Source: Negaprion brevirostris (taxonomy: Eukaryota). Taken from it: DNA of 64,000 bases. The translations under genes were made by a program, and so were the position numbers. The stretch is from contig JARDVH010000025.1 in NCBI GenBank assembly GCA_030324005.1, forward strand, positions 117,407,395 to 117,471,394, in the 5' to 3' direction. Shown piece after piece: positions 39,030-51,270 of the stretch. The number at the start of each line of letters is the position of its first letter. Position 1 is the stretch's first letter. The notes under the pieces were generated by a model that had not been told where the DNA came from, did not search any database, and saw only the letters and a list, made by a program, of their open reading frames with translations.

Positions 39030-42000
39030 TGTTAAATCTGAGACCATAGTGGCATAGCTGCAAAGAACTCACAGGAGAGGCAAGTCACAGGAACAACAGG
39101 GTTTATTTGCTGAATCGTACTCTCACACTCCAGCCCTCAACTGGCTGTAAGGGTGGATTCCTGGACGGATCGCCATTTGTCCCAGCTCACCTGATCCATC
39201 CTCTTAAAGTAGCTATGTCCTCCCAGAAATAACACTCCTCCCTTCAAAACAACAGTCCCCATCCAGAAATAACAATTAACTATTTACGTATATGGTCATA
39301 AATTTACACATTACAGACAGCAATAAACATTCATTTGGCCTCCCAATATTCATGTTATGTAGATGCGATCAATTGGTCCGGAGGCCGATGGTTCCATGGA
39401 AGTTGTTTCCTGAGAGCTGGAACTGACCTTGGGTTCCTCTCCAGTGATCGTGGTGCCGGTGAGTCCGCCTCCAGAGATTCTTCCATCCACGTGTCATCAA
39501 TCACTATTACGGTGTTCCCGGCTCATTAGCCGAAGATGTAGCTATTGGTTCTCTGCACCGTTCCTCTGGAGCCTCTGCTGGTTCTACCTGAACTGGCTCC
39601 ATCTCCCCAGCTGATGTTTCCACTCCTTGATATGGTGTTGCCAATAATTGGTCCACATGTCCATGCCAAACCAACTTGTCTTGCGTCTCCACAGTATAAG
39701 ACAATGACCTTGTCTTGGCTAGTATTACTGCCAGAATCTTTTTCCTCCCTCGCGCTAGTTCCTCTTAGAACTACTTTGTCTTTTGGAAAAGTTCTCAGTT
39801 TTGCATGTTCAGCTTGATGGCCCATCTACCTCTCTTGGTGGTCATCTTCACGACTCCGGCCTCAGTAAATCGAACATTAATGCTGGTAAGATAGTTAGTT
39901 AAATGTGTCAGGGAAATTTTGTTGGTGCCTGTGGTAAATTTTGATACATATTTAGAAACTGGTTCACTTATTGCCACAACGATCCTTTCCTCTTTGAAGC
40001 CTTCAAGAAGTGTTTTACCAACTACTCAAACCGCTTTGCTAGGCCACTCGTTGGATGATGCAGATTTTACATGCCTAATGCCATGTTCTGTTTAAATTCC
40101 CATGACACAAACTGCAGCTTGTTGTCAGTTACCACTTCCTCCAGCCAACCAAACTTGGCGAACATGTCGTCAAGCTTGTCCAGGGTCAACCCAGTGATAG
40201 CTGTTTCATGCACTTCAGATCTGGCCACTTAGAATAAGCATCCACAGCCACTAGTAACATGAGGTTTTCCACTGGTCCAGCAAAATCAACCCATAGTCCT
40301 TTTGGCCATACCCAAGAGTGCAGTATGGATGCTGGTGATGCTTTCCGAATTTGGGAGCACACGACACATGGTCCGGCTTTTTCTTCTATGCTAGCATCAA
40401 TGTTTGGCCACCAGACATAATTCCTGGTCACCTCTTTCACCATACCACCTCTGGGTGTCTTGGTGCAGTTGCTCCAGCACTTTTCTCTTCAATGCAGTCA
40501 GAGTAATGACCCACATACCCCATGAAAGCAGTCATTCCGTACTGACATTTCCCACTGTTGGTTCAAGTAGGGCTTCAACTCTGGGTCCTTCTTCTGATAA
40601 GTCATTCCCCTCCAGATGGGGTCTATCATCTGACTCAGTATGGGGTCTTTTCTTGTGGCTTGCGTAATATCGGCAGCTGTAATCGGAACTTTATTCTCTT
40701 GTGAAAAACACATCATCTTCCCCGCCTCTTTGGAATCCTCTCTGTTTCCTGGCAAAAGCAGTTTTGATATTGTGTCTGTGTTGGCAATAATGGATGTCAT
40801 ATGAATGTCCTAACAAGATCAATGCCCACTTTTGCAACTTTGTGGCAGTAATTGATGCAATACCCAAAGAAGGCCCCAAAATTCTTGAGAGTAGACTGTT
40901 AAAACAATTTCCGGCTATACAGGAATTAGTGAAACTGCCATTCCAATAGTGATACTCAGTGCCTCCTTCCCTATCTGGGCATAATTTTTCTTTGTCTTAG
41001 AGAATGAACATGGCATAAAGATGATGGGTCAATCTTCCCCATTGGCCTTCACGTGGGAGAGAATCATTCCCACCCTGTGTGATGATGCATCACATGCCAG
41101 CTGAAGAGGTAACTTTGGGTTAGTCTATCAAAACCCCAGACTCCTTTAGTGCCTCCTTTGCTGCTTGGTAAGCATCTTACATTCCGACGTCCACTAACAC
41201 GTCTCACCTTTCATCAGTAGTCTATGCAGAGACTTCAATATTGTCACTAGATCCGGCACAAATTTACCATGATAATTGATCAGTCCAAGAAAGGACCTCA
41301 ACTGTGGCACACCTCTGTCAGGGCACCTTCATAATAGCTTCCAGTTTCTTTGGAGCCCTATGCAACCCCTCATCATCAATGATGTGACCCAGGTACTCTT
41401 GAAAAATTCACGTTTGTCTCTCCTAATTTGCAGATCATGGCCTTGCAGCCGCCTCAGTGTCTCTTCCAGATTATGTAAATGTTCCTCATCATTGGTACCT
41501 GTGATTAAGATGTCATCTAAGTAGCACTGCACCTATTGAAGACCAGTTAAAATTTGGTCCATTGCTCTCTGGAAAGTGGTCAGAGCTGACTTAATTCTAA
41601 AACGTAGTCACTTGTAACAAAATAACCCTTTTTGGGTGACAATCGTTAACAAAGGTTGCGAATCCTCAGATGCCCCCATTTGCAGGTATGCTGAGAGATA
41701 AGTCTTAGGGAATTTTTTTCCTCCAGTCCGGCCACTAAACCCTCAATGAGGATTAATGGATATTGTTCTATGCATAAGTTTGGGTTCACTAAGCCCTCAC
41801 AGATTCGTCAGTCTTCATGACCGAATCTATGGGCATGGCCCACTCATTCATGGCCACTGGTTCCAAGACCCCCAACTCTACCAATCTCTCCAGTTTGACC
41901 TCCATTTTGGGTCTAATTGCATATGGCACTGGCCAAGCTTTCATGCTCCTGGAGCAAGCTTCCAGTTTCAACTGTATATTCACCTTTACTTTTTTCATCC

Positions 42001-43456
42001 CTCCAGAGCTTCACTGCATACTTCTTGGTATCTTCTAATACCTTGTCCAGGCCCAAACAAGCTTCTGAGACTCTGTTTACTACTTCCCAATTTAATCTCA
42101 GTACTTCATCCAAGCTCTTCCAAGCAATGCAGGGTAATTCTCTTTTAATGACGTACAAGGATAGACATGCACCATGGTGGACATAACCCTTCAAAGGCAC
42201 CACTTAATCCACATATGTTCTCAGAATACTTGTAGGCTTCAAGGGAAGATGATTCAGTTTCTCGTTATATATGGACTCTCGCACAAGGACCTCGGGGTCC
42301 TTGGCCTACTCCTGCTCCTATTTCTTATGTTCTTATGTTCTTGTGAAATCAATGCCCCCGCTGACTATATCCACCACCATCTTCACTTCCAGTTTGGGCA
42401 TTACCCAAAACCACTCTACATCACCATGGACTGAGCACATTCAGTTTAAATTTCATTCTGTCAGTTCCTTTTTGTCTGCGGATTTGCCAATTCGTTGTCT
42501 CTTTCAACAGTGGCTATTCGCCATTTCCTCCTGGTTGTGAGGCCTAGTTATTTCTGTTTCACCCCTTCCTGGGACCCTGATGCTCTCCCGCAGTTTCAAC
42601 ATTGAGCTGCTCTCGTCCAGCCACCGGTCTCCATGCAGCCCTTTTTAACCACACCGACAACCCTCCTTGGGCTTCAATTGATTTCCTGGGGCGTCCACCA
42701 TCTTGTATACCATTGCTCTTGTGCCAAAGTGCGAGTCGACAACTCTGTGAATGGTTTACCAGCTGGTTTCTCTGGCTGCAATATGTTCCTTGGACTGGAA
42801 CAATATGGTCACCTTCAATCTTGTTTCCTATAAGTCCCAAATCTCTCTATGCACGTTGACCATGCCTCGGCCTCCTTGTGGAACACTCCGATGTTCCTGA
42901 ACTTTCCTGCCATTTTGCCTTGGCAGTGGCAAGGCTTCCTGCCACAGCATGATTAGGCTTGAAGCCTGTTCCTCCCATGCAACACCTGGCTGCGATTGCA
43001 GTTGCTCGACAAACGCAGGACTCTTCATTCACCCTGCAGTCCCCTGTGATCGGCAGTGAGTAGTTCCAAGTGCCCGTTTCCTTCCCCCATTGTCCATCCA
43101 GCGCTATGGCTGCTGTGCAGTCCTGAATGCAATCCCCTTCCCACCCCCCAGTGTACTTGCCATGGGTACTTCATTGGTCCAAGGTGGAAAAAGAAGAAAA
43201 TCCTCACTTCTTCCTCACAGTCATGGAACCAAAACACCGATCATCATCATCAATGTTAAGTCTGAGATTACAGGGGGCAGCGGGGGGAATGGCTCCAAAG
43301 AACTCAGACACAATCCAATTCACAGGAACAAAAGGGTTTGATTAACTGTATTTTTTGCACTCCAGCCCTCTACTGGCTGTAGGGGCGGATTCCTGGACCC
43401 TCCACCCCAAGTCATCTGACGTATTCTCTTAATGGGGCTACGCCATATACATAACA
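39030..43456 (-). mobile_element. Ty3/Gypsy LTR retrotransposon, Mag-like (K02A2.6-like pol), decayed
   Basis: LTRs 43254-43456 and 39030-39234 (TGTTA..TAACA); 5-bp TSD CCCTC (39025-39029, 43457-43461); PPT gaagggaggag; RT CYLDDILITG; integrase YVWWPNID..C..C, VDFAGP, VDAYSKWP. Confidence 0.95.
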
Positions 43457-43754
43457 CCCTCTGTTACCTTCCTTAAAGAAGAGGGTGGCAATGCACAACT
43501 TTTCAATCTAAGAAAGTGGTTCCCAAGTCCAGAAGACTTTGGAAATATACTTAAAGCAACTACAATGTCCTCAATCACAGCCTACAAAACCCTGGGACGA
43601 AAGAGATTTTCCTTTTATTATTTTGCTTAGATGTTCTGATTCAATCTTAGTTTCCTTTGGACTTTTGCCATTTAGATCTCTTCCTGTGACTTGGATAAAG
43701 TATTATTCAGCATGTTCACCATTTCTACGTTTTCATTAAAACTGATGACTCTTC

Positions 43755-44272
43755 AAACTTGGTGAGATCACATTTGTAAAATTGTGTGCAGTTCTGGTCA
43801 CCTCACTATAAGAAGGATGTGGAAGCATTGGAGAGGGTGCAGAGGAGATTTACCAAGATGCTGCCTGTTTTGGAGGGTAGGTCTTATGAGGAAAGGTTGA
43901 GGGAACTGGGGCTTTTCTCTTTAGAGCGGAGGAGGATGAGAGGCAACTTAATAGAGGTTTATAAGATGAGGGGGATAGATAGAGTGGACTTTCAGAGACT
44001 ATTTCCTCGGATGGATGTAGTTGTTACTGGTGGGCATAACTATAAGGCTCATGGTGGGCGATCTTGGAGGGATGTCCGAGGTAGGTTCTTTACTTAGGGT
44101 GTGGAACGGACTGCCTGCTGTGATAGTGGAGTCGGACACTTTAGGAACTTTCAAGCAGTTATTAGATAGCACATGGAGCACACCAGAATGATAGGAATTG
44201 GGACAGCTTGATCTTGGATTCAAACAAAGCACGGCACAAGGGTCTATACGATGCTGTACTGTTCTATGTATG
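43755..44272 (+). mobile_element. Relatively young CR1 3' fragment
   Basis: QFWSPHYKKDVEALERVQRRFTKMLP.LEG.SYEERLRELGLFSLERRR; ttctatgt tail. Confidence 0.93.
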
Positions 44273-45136
44273 TATCTATGGTAATGGTGATATTGTCAAA
44301 GGGACCACATTGCTCCTGACCACCCTCTTTCTTCTAACATAATTGTAATAAAGTTTAAGTTGATTTTGATATTCATTACAAATTTCTTTTCATACTCCCC
44401 ATTTGTAGCTCTATTTTGTAATCCTTTGCTATGCTTTGTATATTTCCCAGTCACCAGGATCATTGTGCTTTTTGTGCATTTTTATCTGCTTTTTCCATTT
44501 AGTTTCAAGTTGTTCCTGGCCTCTTTAGTTGTCCCAATTTGCATCCCCAATTTGCTATTCTATCTGACTGGGGATTAATGTGCAAATCATTTCAGCATCA
44601 AACAACATTGGCCATGGCGTTATTGTTTGGAGGGAATGTGATAGCAAAAAACTGATTCTGCAATGTAACATTAATGTGAATAGATTATAGTGACATATAT
44701 GACATACAGTTACCACAGGGACATAATGCTGGTGCTACCAGTATGGGCGTTTTTCCAAAATTGCTCATGCTGAAATCTAGATTACAGCTTTCAGAAAAAA
44801 ACAAAGTCCAGAATGCTCCGATGCAATCCACCCTACACCCGCTGTCAGCGAGAATGGAAAATTTGGCATTCAGCCAAATCTCCATTTGCTACAGCTGTAA
44901 TAGAGAATCCCAGCTGTGGGCAAGATTGGAAAATTCTGGCCAAATGCTCTCAGCAGCTCATAATGGCTAATGTGCGACGATTTAACAATACATGCCCTAC
45001 TGGAGGAGACATGATAAGCTTGATAAGTCTCTTATCTCCTTCATTAACTCTTCTGTAGATTAGGCTACTTGGTAAGATTTATTTAGAAATGAAATATACA
45101 CAAGCAAAAGACACAGGAAGATATGAATACAGATAT

Positions 45137-48100
45137 GAATATGCATGTTGGGTGCATAGTCCTTTAAGGGAGCAGGTTATGTTACCCTTGGGGTTTTGTT
45201 GTTCTGCCCAGGAACCAACCTGCAGCAGCAGGAGTTGGAGTGTAAAGCAAATTAGACCTGCAATAAAATACTGGTCTTCCCCAATGTCTGCTTATGGAAT
45301 CAAATCTTGGGATACAACACAGCAGCAGAATACATAACACTGGAGACAAGGATGGGATGACTGATGGCTCAGAGGGTAAAGGATCGGGACTTCCACCATG
45401 GCCATCTGCCAAAACAATGGTGCAGAGAGAGAAAAAGGATTCGAGTTGAATGGACCCAGATGCTGTTAATGATTGCAAAGTTCTGTCTCCATGATTGCCG
45501 CTGGAATCAGTCAGCACAGGCAGCTTTCAGGCCTAGATTTTCAGGGGCAGGAAAACCGCGGCTGGCAGCAAGAAATAAAAAATGGTGGACAAATTTGGCA
45601 TTCGACAAGGAATCTGAGTGGTGGCCAGCCTATATTGAGCAGTTTAGTACATTTTCAAAAGCAAATCGGGTGGTGGATGATCTCATAATGCTGGTCTTAG
45701 CACAGTTGGAAGCAAGACATTCAGCGTTGAGGAGTTTAATGCAGCCAGAGAAACTGGCTGACAAGTCTTTTCAGGAGCTGAGAAATGTACTGGAAGGACA
45801 CTTAGTGGTAGACCACTTCCATTTTTACAAGCAGGACCAGTTAGAGGGCAGGACCACAACTCAATTCATTGCTACCCTTAAAAGCCTAGCACAGCACTGT
45901 GTATTTGGGAAGTACTTTCAGGACATTGTGTGATCGGCTTGTGTGTGGCCTCCAACAGGAAGCAATTCAGTGAAGATTGGTAGTAGAACCATAGCTGGAG
46001 TTTAAAAAGGCTCTTGAAATTGCAATCTCAATGAAATGGACCACCAGCAGGGCAATGTATTTAGGCGCTAGCAGAAGTGTGCACAAGTTGACGGAGACAC
46101 CGAAGAGTCAGTCACTGCCCAAGGAATGTTGTGAGTGTGGCCAGGAATAGGGGGGTTGGGGGGTGGTCACAAAGAGCACAGTTGCTGGATGAGGGGAACA
46201 ACATACTGGAACCATCAGAAAGTGGGCCATATTGCCCAAAACGGTAGAGTACCAGTGCTCCAGGAGAATGGGAACTCAAAGCGATCAGCGTCAAAACCAA
46301 GGAAGATGTGGCAAGAGGCCAGTGTAGATGAGGACATATGGNNNNNNNNNNNNNNNNNNNNNNNNNNNNNACAGCCAGACTGAGAAGACACGGTTTAAAC
46401 TCAAAATTTTATCTGTGTAGGGTGAAGCAGACTGGTTCTGAGCGATACCCAAAGTGTAAGGGAAACCAGTGAAGATGGAACTGGACACAAGGGTGGCAGA
46501 CCCCAGGAAAAGTCGACTCACCTACCCCTGAAGCCAGCAAACATCACTGAGGACATACACAGAACAATTAGTCCCTCTCAAGGGTTATGTCTCAGCCAAC
46601 GTACTGCTGAGGGACCAACGCGCAGAATTCTCTTTACATTGTAAAAGGTGATTTTTGTTCGGATGATCCTGGCTGAAACAACTGAAATTGAACTGGGAGG
46701 TGGTGAGCAGACTAACGGAGTCTCGTTCGAGCCTTAACGATATTTTTGAGAAACGCAAGGGTGCATTCAGTGGAACGTTTAATATGAGATGGAAGAAGTG
46801 AAAGTGCGTCTGCGGCTGAAGCCGGATGCATGTCCAAGAGCACAAAGGCACGTCTGCTGCTGTATGCAATCAGACACAAGGCTGACCTTGTGATTAGTAG
46901 GTTTGGAAGTATTGGAACCAGTGGCCACGAATGAGTGGGCTATGCCCATTGTTCCCCAATAGCTCAGTGAGGATACGTAGGGATTTTAAAGTCACGGTGA
47001 ACACTGTACCTCTGTGTGGATCAGTATCCACTGCCCCTTAACGAAAACCTGCTTAGGGGTCTTGCTGGAGGTCAAAAAATTACCAAAATGGATCCCTCCT
47101 CAGCCTACTTACAGGTGGGAATGGCCAAAGACACTCAATCCCTATTGACCATTGTTACCCAAAGGGTTGTTCCGTTATATGGGGTCATGTCGGCCCCAGC
47201 CTTATTTCAGAGAGCCATGGACCAGATGTTGAATGGTGTCCTGGAGGTCCAATATTACCTGGATGATACTCTGGTAACGGGTCCACAGATGAGGAGCATT
47301 TGCGAATGTTGGAAGAGATGATGAAGAGACTGCAGGAAAATGGGCTACAGGTAAAAAGAGAGAAGTGAGAGCTTTTTCAGTGATTCCATCAAATATTTAG
47401 AACATGTTATCGATGGGGAAGGATTACATAAAGCACCAAAGAAGTTGGAAGCCATAATGAAGATGTTGAGATTTGAAAATGTGTCTCAAATGAAGTCCTT
47501 CCTGGGGCTCAAATTATGATGTTAAATCTGTGCCAGGCTTGGTGACAGTACTGAAACCACTGCATCAAGTATTAATGAAGGGACTGGCGTGGAAGTGAGC
47601 GCCAGAGTAACAGACGGCTTACCAGGCAGTGAAAAAGGCCTTAAAGATTCCAAGGTCTTAGTTCATTTTAATCTGAAATTATCTCTTCGACTGGCCATAT
47701 GGTGTAGGAGCTGTTCTATCCCAAGTGAGGGCAAATGGGGAAATCAGGCCTATTGCATTTGTGTCTAGGTCATTCTCTAAAGCAGGAGAAAAGTATACGT
47801 AAGTAGGGGAAGAGGCATTAGGCATCATTTTGATGTTACCAAATTTCACACTATTTGTATGGCAGGCAGGTCATTTTACTGACGGACCACAGACCACTGA
47901 CTACAATTTTGGGACTACTCTCAGGGATTCTCTTGATGGCTAAAGCTCAAATACGGCAGTGGGCATTGATATTATCTGCCCACTCATAAGATGTGCCATC
48001 ACCACTCAGGCCAACATGCAAATGCGGATGCTTGACCCAGGCTGCTGCTTCTTCATAAGAGGCAGGCATAGGAAGAGATGACCCAAATCATGGACTTTTC

Positions 48101-49720
48101 ACAAGATGACAAAGTACCACTGTTCAGGTGAAGAACATTACAAGGAAACATCCCATACTAAGTCAGGTGGTAGACTTCATCCGCAAGGGAGAAACAAGCC
48201 AGAAGAATCTGGAACTGAAGCCATATCTTAGCCATCAGTGGGAACTGTCAGTGGAGGACAGTTGTTCATTGTGGGGCATGCAGATTATCATTCCCCATTC
48301 TTCCCCTTGAAAAGTGCTGGAGCAACAGCATCGAGGGCAGATGAAAGAGGTTGGCCACAATTACGTGTAGTGGCCAAACACAGATGTGAGCATAGAAATA
48401 AAAGCAGGCTCTTGTGTATTATGTTCCCAAATTCGTAAGGCATCACCAGCATCCAGGGAAATAGCCAAAAGGCCTTGGGAATGTGTCCAGTAAAAGGCCT
48501 ATTTGCTGCTGGTGGCCAGCACACACACTCGAAGAGGCCAGAAGTGATATGTATGAAGTCAATAACCACAGAAATGGTCCCCAACAAGCTCAATATCATA
48601 TTCGCTAGGTTTGGATACCCAGACCAGGTTGCGAGTGACAACGGACCAACTCATTTTGCAGGACTTCAGATTACATGAAGCTGCAGTCTGTACCCTACCG
48701 CTCAGAAATGAATAGCTTAGCAGAGCGTTCGTACTTTGTCCCTGAAGGTTTCACAGGGCGAGGGGACCCTGATGCATAGGTTAAACACATTCTTAAACGT
48801 GCACAGGAATACTCTCCATACAATCACCAAATGGTCCCCAGTAACACTGATGTTTGGGAGGCAGTTGCATACAACGTTAGGAATACTGAGTCTGATGAGA
48901 CAAGAGTGGTGGAGACAAGCCAAGAAGTGCAGAAGGCCCATCGGGCTGAGCGTGCCAAGGTGAGGGCGTTCCAGAAGGGCAAGCTTTGACTTGCCAGGAA
49001 TGATTCTTCAGGTGAAATAGGGCTTCCAGCCAAGACAGGGCGGTTGTCTGATACCATGGAATCGCAGGATTAGTTGATATGGCGATAGTATGTGGACCAT
49101 TTTCTGGCAGCCCCACATCAAGGGGTGAGAATTCATCAACAATTTCACAGGTGCTTTGGACAGCGTCAGCATGTGTACCAGAAGAGGGAGGCATGCCTTC
49201 TAGTGAGGAAGCTGTGGGGATGCCACTGGTGACCGGTGGCACACAGGAAGAGGGTTCACATATGAGGTTTCGCCCAGGCCACAATTGGAGATGAACCAGG
49301 TTCATAGAGGCATGGGACCATCATCTCTAGAAAGATTGATCATGTCAATGTAATTATTGCCATAGGGGTTGGACAAAAAACAAAATAAAGTGACTATGTA
49401 AATAATACCATCACATTGCATCTTGTTAATTCTGCATATATGTTTTATAATTGTTGTTACTAACTGTACATAAATAAGTTAGATTATATTTTCTGTTATG
49501 GATTACTGTTGATTAAGGGGGAGGAGTATTATGTATGTTTGGTGTGTAGCCTTTTAAGAAAGCAGGTCACATGACCCTTGGTGGTCACGTGATCCTAAGA
49601 GTTTTGGAGATCTGCCCAGGGACCATCCTGCAGGAGTTGGAGCATGGAGCAAGTGAGACCTGTAAGAAAGTAACTGTGTTCCCGACCTGTGGGTTACACC
49701 ATAGCACAGAATACACAATA
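45137..49720 (+). mobile_element. Ty3/Gypsy LTR retrotransposon, Mag-like, gag-pol decayed
   Basis: LTRs ~45137-45339 and 49527-49720; PBS-like ctggagacaaggatggg; PPT aagggggaggag; gag W.AY.EQF..L..LAQHC.FG, protease KMELDT, RT YYLDDTLVTG, RNase H TDHRPL, integrase SDNGP; no TSD found. Confidence 0.93.
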
Positions 49721-50289
49721 GTCAGCCCATGAGGCTACTTCTTGGTACCATATTAATATGTAACAGTCATGATACCTTTTCACACACCTGCGATGTTGCA
49801 GTCAGGTGAGGCAAGTTCCAGTTTGCTTGAAAATTCATTGTCCTTTATGTCACAACTGAAAACTAGTAGGCAAAGCTGCAGGCTTGGACTGTTTTCACAA
49901 TACAGGCTTTTCTTTACAATTATGAACAGGCAAATACCATATTAGGCAAGATGTTGCTGGCTGGAAACTGCAGTTTGCCCCCATTTTTCCACCCATACCA
50001 AATTATGTCTCACTTCTTACGATGGTTATGAGAGTGTTCAAATGGTTCAACAAACACAGAACAGGGATCTCTGCATCACAGCCAGCCTGCATGCATTTCC
50101 CAAACCATCACAAAAAAAATGGAAATGCATCACCAATCATCTCCCAAAAACCAAGCTTCTGCCTTTAATTGCAAGTCATCCTTCTCAAACTGTCTGCAGT
50201 TTTGATATGTTGACAAAACCACTCTTCTTCAAAGTCTCTCCACTGTTATCCAGCTGAGTGGGTCTGTATGTTCCTGGTGATATTCTTCA

Positions 50290-51270
50290 CTATACCATGG
50301 TAGATACAGAATCAGATTTTTCTTCAGCTCCTCCTATTTCTCATGCTGCTCCTTGGTGGCTTCATGCAAAAACACAGCATCAGTTTGTATACATATGCTG
50401 ATGACATCCAGCTCTACCACACATCTCTCTCATTCCTCCACTGCTTCTAAATTGTCTGATCTCCAATTAAGTGTCAGGAAGGTGAAAGCCATTTTCTTCA
50501 TCTCCAACACAAAATCTGGTCCCTGGTCATGAACTCCATCCCCTTTCCTGGTAACTGTCTAAAACTGAACTAGACTGTTTGTAACTTTGGTGCCATATTT
50601 GATCCTGAAATGCAGTCAACCATTATTCAAGCCATCATTAACAATATCTATCTGTTAGAACTCCTGACTCCGTCATTACTTATGTTCATATTCTGCTAAA
50701 ATCCTCATCTGTGCCTTTGTTATATCTATAGATTTTCTGTTCAACCACTCATGGCCTGCCTCCTGCGTTCTTTCTTCTGCAAACTTAAAGCCATCTAGAA
50801 CTCTCCTGCCCATGTCCTAAATCGCAACAAGTCTCATTCACCCATCACCCTTATGTTTGCTGACCTACATTGACTACATTAAGCAACAGCTCAATTTTAA
50901 AATTCTCATCCTCGTTTTCAAATCATTTCATATCCTCGTCCTTCTTCCTCTCTGGCACCACCTCTGGGTTGTTTTCATCTTCCATTCTGCCTCTTGATCA
51001 TCCTTGGCTTTAATTGTTCCACCATTGGCACCTGTGCCTTCAGTTGCTAAGGTTCAAAACTCAAACTCAACCCATCCCCATCCCGTGTCTCTTCTTATGC
51101 TCCTTTTACAATGTTTCTTAAAACCTATCTCATTGACCAAGATTTTGGTCTTCTACTCTAATGCTTCCTTATGTAGTTTGGTGTCAAATTTTACTCTAAA
51201 ACGCTACTATAGAGCACCTTGGAATATTTTACTACATTAAAGGCACTATACAAGTAAAAGTTGTTGCTGA
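50290..51270 (+). mobile_element. L2-clade LINE RT-to-3' fragment
   Basis: YADDIQLY; H.PITLMFADLH.L..KQQL.FKILILVFK; gttgtt tail. Confidence 0.85.

Noticed and set aside
45364-45933. 189-aa gag-like ORF as a domesticated gag gene
   Set aside because: Non-ATG start, premature stop at the conserved RDRLVCG position, and the rest of the element is decaying neutrally.
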